Source: a virus (lineage: Duplodnaviria; Caudoviricetes). From it: DNA of 64,000 nt. The stretch is from positions 445 to 64,444 of the IMG/VR virus record IMGVR_UViG_3300009692_000020; one strand, written 5' to 3'. The notes below the pieces were generated by a model. The model made no database searches. It had not been told where the DNA came from and saw only the letters and a program-made list of their open reading frames with translations. Below are positions 59,001 to 64,000 of this stretch, piece after piece. Made by a program: the position numbers and the translations under genes. Numbering within the stretch: the stretch's first letter is position 1; the number at the start of each line of letters is the position of its first letter.

Positions 59001-61368
59001 ATTCTCAAAGGACACACAGAATGAGATAACAAGTTATGAACTTGCTCAAATTAACGAGAGAAAGAACGCTCTCGACACGATGTATGCAGCAGTTAAGAAA
59101 GGCGCATTATCAGCATTTGATCGTAGGGACATGACAGAATTCGCTAAGTATTGGGATGAGTTGATTGCACTTAGCGATAAATACGAAACAATAGGTAAGA
59201 GTACCGGAGAAGTTATACGTGACCACGGTCGCTTGATTGACGAACGTGTGAAGAAGGAGCAGATTGTACTGGCGGAAAAGAAGAAACAGTTAGATATGCT
59301 TGAAGAAGAACGTCAACGCAATCAGAAGGCTAAAGATGACTTAGAAGAAATTAAGACCAAGATGGGTAATATTTCTACTTCTGCTAAGAATATGCCTAAG
59401 GCTACGGAAGAACTTGCCAAACTGTATAAAGACGCTCAGAAAGTAATAGGTGAAGCCGGATTATCACCGGAACTTACACTTCAGCTGAAAACTGAGTTTG
59501 GTAAATCTTTCAGTGGAGTTCAAGAGAATAAGAAATTGATTGAAACTATGAACTCTGTTTCTGATAGCCAAATCAATGAAATGGATAAATTGAATGCGGT
59601 TATTATGAATCAGTTAAAGAGTATGCAGAAACTGCAAGAGAAGCAGGATATGATTAAATTCATAGAGGCACAACGTGATGTGCTTAAAGAGCAGGAAAAA
59701 GCACTGCAATCTAAAGCAGACAAAGAAGCATCCAAGATGCTTGTTCCTCAGCAGAAAGGCGTAGATGCATCAAGTCAGTTATTTAAACTGTTGCCTAAAG
59801 TTATGGGCGAGAGTTTCAATCTTTCTAGGCAAGCTATGTTTGATGAACTGTTCAATGTTCTTAAAACTACTTTACCGGAAGCAGAAGCCAAGAGAGTAGC
59901 TACTGAGAAAACTAATGCTTTATGGACAGAGGATTTAGCTAAGCCTATTGCCGAGGCTTTTAATGGTTTCCCTAAATTGTTTGAAACAATGAATGAGGAT
60001 ATTAACAAGATCAGTGCTGAACAAATCAGAGCAGCAATAAAACAAGTTGATATTGTAACGGCAGGAACTAAAACAGATAAGGGCGGTCTACCTACTGAAC
60101 TTCAAAATAATCTATTTGAGATGAAACGTGTTCTAGTTACGACTATGAAGAGCCGTGAAGAATCAGAAAAGGCAACTGAAAGTTTTAATAAGTTAAATGT
60201 AGAATTGAAGAACGTAACTGAAGGCATGAAAGGATTTAATGAAACGTTAAAGAATCCTGTTAAACTCACCGAGATGAAAACTAGGACTACGACGTTCGAG
60301 AATACTGTTAATAAGACATTCCAAAATAATGTTCCTGGACTTGATTTCTCTAAGTTGTTTGATGAAGCCTTATCTAAGAACGCACCAGTTGTTCCTCCAA
60401 CTGTTAATGCTCCAACTCCGGAACAGGCTAAGAAGATTGTAGAATCAAAGCCGGTTGCTAAAACTACTGCTGAAACAAAACTAGATACAGAGAGATACAA
60501 GGAATTCACAGATGCTATAAATGCATTGAATGGTAGAATCTTTGAATTAATCAAGCAGAGAATAGATATAAATAAATCTACAACATTAACACCGGAAGAA
60601 AAGAAAGCTAAGATAGTAGAGATTGATACTAGGAAATCAGCAGCTTACGCAGCTAAAGCAGGAATGGAGGATCAGATTAAGAAGTATGCACCAGTTCCTA
60701 CAACTGTTACTCCGATTGCTAAATCACCGGAAGCAGTTAAGACCGTACTGGACAATGTTCAAGATCCACTAGCTAATCCTGCGGATTGGATAGCTACTCC
60801 GTTGAATGAGATAGTTAATCAGATTATGATAGCTAATGCTAAAACTGATCAGACTAATAAAGACTTGGATAAATTGGCTAATCCTCCTAGACAGGCTGCA
60901 GAAGATTTAACGTCTTTCAAAGGTGTAAAGCCGGGAAATTGGAAATATAATATGTTTGGGACTAAGGGTATGCAGGGCATGGGTGGACTAGCTGATATGG
61001 GTGGTGATACCTTTGGTGATATGTCAGCAGTTGGAGATACTTATGCTAAGTTGAGAGAAGCAAGCATCAAGCAGATGAACTCGCAAGCATATCGCACTGA
61101 TTGGGAAGCCAACAGAGGTATACAGAATTGGCAGGGTGGCATCAGTAAGGAGAATCAGAAGAATAATGCACCTAATGTCTTTGATGTAACAGTTACAATG
61201 GGAGGTGAAACACTAGCAGTTAAAACAGCTCAAGTGATTGAGAAGGGTGCAAGTAGAGGACAGAATAACGTGTCAGTTAATGGTCAAGGCATAAATGGTG
61301 CAACACGCGACCAACCCTACTATAATGTGAGAAACTTGAATACAGGAAGTAGACCTTACGCAAGATAA
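56059..61368 (+). CDS. Tape measure protein, 1769 aa
   Basis: TP901-like core (DVAEGIYQTIS, LFKTIEIG, AMTQIRNIM); long helical body; follows the chaperones. Confidence 0.92.
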   Translation: MNIFKPVYDDTIGAIDFEDGGFSAKIAKVTLELDAFGNATAKVGEKVKYAADDFEKLFNIKAEVFERTLANGEKILDTRFRGIGGKFVSLNKVVDREVAKLNASIDALAKGGAGISSPGPAVRPKGTETATPYDKLFTLNEQEMINAEKIAALNRFENAKRLHNQLLSEEESFQSRNLAILNSFLAIKAEKQKAAEAAEIARQAKFAQMQLDYQAKLSADMAARNVTMGTVPVMGKPTPTKYNLVSTGAGQWAGEAVAVGGLNKQYMEMKVATDTVGRGFTAKNAKLSAQTIATNRERDAIKGAQMAMVDSATTLKRVDAGLATHTEGVARARAQWAYWGRFLLTQSIHKAVYDIINATRTGLKEMATLQVKISEIRTIGQEAPLPFGTWEAEIRRLSDVYGMSMTDVAEGIYQTISNQVAFGANATRFMADSMVFARTTVSSTADAVNLLSSSLNAFGKTSDQTNDSAASLFKTIEIGRLRASDIANSYGNVAVTAAELGVKEDELGAMMAIMTLQGKKVDVAMTQIRNIMMKMLKPTEELGKYFKQLGYDSGEAAISAMGLPNLIRQINEEASKAGKGTPWLARLFGDIRPIQGIISLTGDQMAKFDSILEQYNTKQSQYFKATHISIESTGKLLQMEMNKVHNYFVQTLGEGALNIIKGFISDVDDGLKGLEISKTLGIKPVNDFVGAIEAAGRVLEFLSALYIGWRVRVNIVNYELAQQTLALEANTIAKTKNAVATEANTAAMAKFNPLIGGAIFVGATALVYAYMEAWKWVIKVNAEYEGLLSLDKVYEKQLAERHAKTIAQIEERVNAFKKEAEASRQVMEQGVAVKIAGLNSEVDALNATISNNVKLITDYVSGSINSIAKLINFLDSRITETSNTIKSLTASIAGMQSGSSTLSYYTGLVDKIGVTNDAQIKLNRTYQRYLDLVKAGAKFANTQDLRVLGQGDLFKRKTTTATGSAVKGVDVNGDAFTKQKKFSKDTQNEITSYELAQINERKNALDTMYAAVKKGALSAFDRRDMTEFAKYWDELIALSDKYETIGKSTGEVIRDHGRLIDERVKKEQIVLAEKKKQLDMLEEERQRNQKAKDDLEEIKTKMGNISTSAKNMPKATEELAKLYKDAQKVIGEAGLSPELTLQLKTEFGKSFSGVQENKKLIETMNSVSDSQINEMDKLNAVIMNQLKSMQKLQEKQDMIKFIEAQRDVLKEQEKALQSKADKEASKMLVPQQKGVDASSQLFKLLPKVMGESFNLSRQAMFDELFNVLKTTLPEAEAKRVATEKTNALWTEDLAKPIAEAFNGFPKLFETMNEDINKISAEQIRAAIKQVDIVTAGTKTDKGGLPTELQNNLFEMKRVLVTTMKSREESEKATESFNKLNVELKNVTEGMKGFNETLKNPVKLTEMKTRTTTFENTVNKTFQNNVPGLDFSKLFDEALSKNAPVVPPTVNAPTPEQAKKIVESKPVAKTTAETKLDTERYKEFTDAINALNGRIFELIKQRIDINKSTTLTPEEKKAKIVEIDTRKSAAYAAKAGMEDQIKKYAPVPTTVTPIAKSPEAVKTVLDNVQDPLANPADWIATPLNEIVNQIMIANAKTDQTNKDLDKLANPPRQAAEDLTSFKGVKPGNWKYNMFGTKGMQGMGGLADMGGDTFGDMSAVGDTYAKLREASIKQMNSQAYRTDWEANRGIQNWQGGISKENQKNNAPNVFDVTVTMGGETLAVKTAQVIEKGASRGQNNVSVNGQGINGATRDQPYYNVRNLNTGSRPYAR

Positions 61369-61397
61369 AATAACGCCCACAGGGCAAGGAGAACAAA

Positions 61398-61916
61398 ATG
61401 AACGAGAGTAAAATGAAGATGAAGGGGCGTTTCCATGTGGAACACGTCCGTGCCGGAGAAGTGATTGGTAAGTATGAAATGCCTAATGGAATCGTGGATG
61501 TCGGTCTTAATAAGATTCTCGATGTCATGTTCCATGCAGCTACTCAGATTACCACATGGTACATCAGTTTGGTTGATAACGACGGCTTCAGTGCTTTCAA
61601 TGCAGCCGATCAGATGTCCTCTCACGCAGGATGGACAGAATCAAACGGCACAGGCTCAAAGGCTGGCTATTCTGATTCAACACGTGTTGAATGGACAGAA
61701 GGTGCAGCAGCTTCGAAGAGCATCACGAACGCTACTCCGATTACCTTCAACATCAATGTTGGTGGAGTAATCAAAGGTATCTTCGTAACCAGTGCAAGCG
61801 ATAAAGGCGGAACGACCGGAACACTTTGGTCTACTGCTGCTTTCGCAACTAACGTTACTGTGGTCAATGGTGACCAGTTGAAAGTAACGTACACTGTCAA
61901 TGCATCAGAAGTCTAA
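61398..61916 (+). CDS. Tail protein, 172 aa
   Basis: PNGIVDVGLNKILD...GTLWSTAAF...GDQLKVTYTV. Confidence 0.7.
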   Translation: MNESKMKMKGRFHVEHVRAGEVIGKYEMPNGIVDVGLNKILDVMFHAATQITTWYISLVDNDGFSAFNAADQMSSHAGWTESNGTGSKAGYSDSTRVEWTEGAAASKSITNATPITFNINVGGVIKGIFVTSASDKGGTTGTLWSTAAFATNVTVVNGDQLKVTYTVNASEV

Positions 61917-61931
61917 GTGATGGGTTCAAGA

Positions 61932-61959
61932 GTTGAGTGATTGCAGAATCACTCGACTC
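61932..61959 (+). terminator. Hairpin sharing its core with 54793-54824
   Basis: gagttgagtgatt-GCAG-aatcactcgactc. Confidence 0.5.
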
Positions 61960-61983
61960 GCCTAACCTATCAAGGAGATTTCG

Positions 61984-64000
61984 ATGTCCATATATACCCA
62001 AAGTGTTAGCCATAGTCTAAAACTAGATGCATTTCTAGATACTGTCTACGTCGGTGGTTGCGGTGATCCAGTATATGATGGAATATATACTCGCGTAGCT
62101 GATTATCAAGGCGCACCCGCTTACGAGAAAATTACTGGCGGTGTAACGTACTGGCTTAGATATGGTTATTCGAATTATCAATACTGGGTATTAGGTACTG
62201 GAACTAGCACTGCTTACTATCGTGAACACGTTAATCCTAATACGTCAATCGATGTACAGTATAAGAATTGGGGAGTTTGGGGTGGAGTAGCACCACAACC
62301 CACTACGGTTATACAACGTAACAATGCAGTTAAATCATGTAGAGTAATAGGAGCGGGTTCAACTGCTGCTAATGGCTTATACACATTAACAGGTTACTAT
62401 AACAATAAGCCACAATATAAGAAACGTGATGATCCAACTTGGGATTTGAGATTCTATTCTACCTACTGGAGATTATATCAGAATGGTTCAGCACGATACT
62501 ATTCTACTTTAGGAGCATCTGAATATTTCCCTCCGGCAACTGGTTGGGTAGTTAATGGTGGTACTGCACCCGAACCAACTACTATGATGTCGGAAATAAG
62601 CAATACTGGTACACGTTTCATAATTACTGGAACGAGTTTGAATCACGATGTAACTGGTGCTTACAATTACGTTGGTACATTTAATGGTTATCCTTACTAT
62701 GCAAATGAACTGTATCACATCTTCGCATACACATTGGCTAGTGTGTTAAGATGGTGTATAACTCTTAAAACAAATAACCTCAATCCAACCACCGGATGCT
62801 ACTATATACCAATATCAGAAAAGCCTTCTATATACTCGTCTTGGACAGGTTACAATGGTTGGACACTGACTGATTTAGTCTGTACTGAATTAGATGGCGG
62901 TGGAGTAGAGTTCTCTCGTTCAGTAACGCAGGGATTGGGCAATCATCAGAAGCCCCACGAGAATCTTGCTCCTAGAGTATTCGTATCTATGCTTTACGGA
63001 GACGCGTCATATTTAGGTGAATATTATAAGCAAGAAGGTCTTATAAATGGTCAGCCTTGGTATAAGCTCGATGGTTCAGAACGTTACATATTTTATTATA
63101 TAACGGAATGGTCTGATGAATACTGGACGATGAGTTCAACACTATCGTATGACGGACCTTTCCAAAAGTACGGTGGAGATGCTACTGGCACATATTGGAA
63201 CTGGGGTGGTGGAGAAGCATATGTTACCTTGACAGAGCAACCTTTACCCGAAACAGGACGTAATTATATTGGAGCAGGTTCAGATAGTGGTAGTGCTGAT
63301 GGTGTATTTGCATATGCCGGTATCAATTCTTTTGGTGTTCCTTACTATTATAATTCTGATAAAGCCTTATATCTATATATGTATACTGATTATGGTATAA
63401 ATTGGCTTATCGGTACTGATATGAATGGATATGATTCCTCACTATATTATGCCTCTGGCGGTACAACGGCTTATCCCCTACTTAGTGGCTACTATGCTAC
63501 ATATGGCGTTGATCCTGGACCTACTTTTACATTGGTTGTTCCGATTGAAGAATCAGTAAGTAATGATATGGAGTTCGACCATTCCAACGATAATAATACT
63601 AGCAAGGGGAGTGGTAATAATAGTGGATTCGGTCAAGAGATAACTAATTACACTGAACACACTAGAGATGTAACACATAATTTGACTCTCGTACAGCAGA
63701 ACAAAGGTGTACTTGGAGAACTGACGGATAATTATAGTGCGTTTGATGATTCAGCAGAAGCGTTTGTACAGAAGAACGTTCCTAATCCTGTTAAGTCTGC
63801 CGGTATGCACCAAGTTGTATCTAAATATAAAATCAATAGTAACACCATAGTACACGGCAATGGTTTTAATCAAATAGTTAGTGCAGTGAATAGTAGGGGT
63901 GCAGCTAACACCATGATACTTAATGGTGAAGCACATAGGGCATATCTTAAAGAACCCGATAATATACTTAATCTTGAACAAGAATTATTTAAGATTGAGT
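61984..64000 (+). CDS. 3'-truncated tail protein with five ~90 aa Tyr/Trp/Gly-rich repeats
   Basis: Manual translation found no stop from ATG 61984 to the window end; repeat core G.Y...G..NG.P.Y...W. Confidence 0.8.
   Translation, partial: MSIYTQSVSHSLKLDAFLDTVYVGGCGDPVYDGIYTRVADYQGAPAYEKITGGVTYWLRYGYSNYQYWVLGTGTSTAYYREHVNPNTSIDVQYKNWGVWGGVAPQPTTVIQRNNAVKSCRVIGAGSTAANGLYTLTGYYNNKPQYKKRDDPTWDLRFYSTYWRLYQNGSARYYSTLGASEYFPPATGWVVNGGTAPEPTTMMSEISNTGTRFIITGTSLNHDVTGAYNYVGTFNGYPYYANELYHIFAYTLASVLRWCITLKTNNLNPTTGCYYIPISEKPSIYSSWTGYNGWTLTDLVCTELDGGGVEFSRSVTQGLGNHQKPHENLAPRVFVSMLYGDASYLGEYYKQEGLINGQPWYKLDGSERYIFYYITEWSDEYWTMSSTLSYDGPFQKYGGDATGTYWNWGGGEAYVTLTEQPLPETGRNYIGAGSDSGSADGVFAYAGINSFGVPYYYNSDKALYLYMYTDYGINWLIGTDMNGYDSSLYYASGGTTAYPLLSGYYATYGVDPGPTFTLVVPIEESVSNDMEFDHSNDNNTSKGSGNNSGFGQEITNYTEHTRDVTHNLTLVQQNKGVLGELTDNYSAFDDSAEAFVQKNVPNPVKSAGMHQVVSKYKINSNTIVHGNGFNQIVSAVNSRGAANTMILNGEAHRAYLKEPDNILNLEQELFKIE

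Noticed and set aside
62068-62079. PVYD inside the last ORF (CGDPVYDG)
   Set aside because: It lacks the F[KR] prefix, lies about 30 residues in, and aligns with the repeat-domain core, so it is probably coincidental
1094-63981. Many 60-170 aa antisense or nested ORFs in the track (e.g. 7760..8098, 22137..22619, 56031..56549, 60102..60554)
   Set aside because: They fully overlap well-supported genes and show no motifs or SD sites; treated as shadow frames
1-64000. Stop-codon reassignment
   Set aside because: Long genes are intact under the standard code and TAA, TGA and TAG all end genes

Overview
The window is a near-complete, circularly permuted genome of a tailed dsDNA phage (siphovirus-like: long tape measure, no sheath, standard genetic code). 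No integrase, CRISPR array, rRNA, tRNA or reverse transcriptase was recognised. Layout: distal tail genes and two glycosyltransferases (1-9.1 kb); a leftward replication arm (two DnaQ-like proteins, Dam-type methylase, AEP primase-SF3 helicase); a duplicated divergent promoter at about 14.4 kb; a rightward replication arm (ParB-like x2, SNF2 helicase, family A polymerase, VRR-NUC, C39-like peptidase); small early genes (sigma-like protein, SEC-C protein, ATP-dependent ligase, PD-(D/E)XK exonuclease); an AT-rich leftward region (33-36.4 kb); and the virion module (GpA-type terminase, portal, fibres, scaffold, coat, tail, tape measure). Main leads: (1) four unrelated virion proteins share an N-terminal F[KR]PVYD leader conserved at peptide but not DNA level, suggesting a leader-peptide maturation or targeting system, and the phage encodes a candidate C39-like cysteine peptidase; (2) four genes are each enclosed by their own 24-34 bp inverted repeat, three of them back-to-back between 24 bp direct repeats; (3) a roughly 180 nt structured RNA with two GNRA tetraloops and an alternative terminator pairing. 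Family assignments come from motif recognition only; no database search was run.
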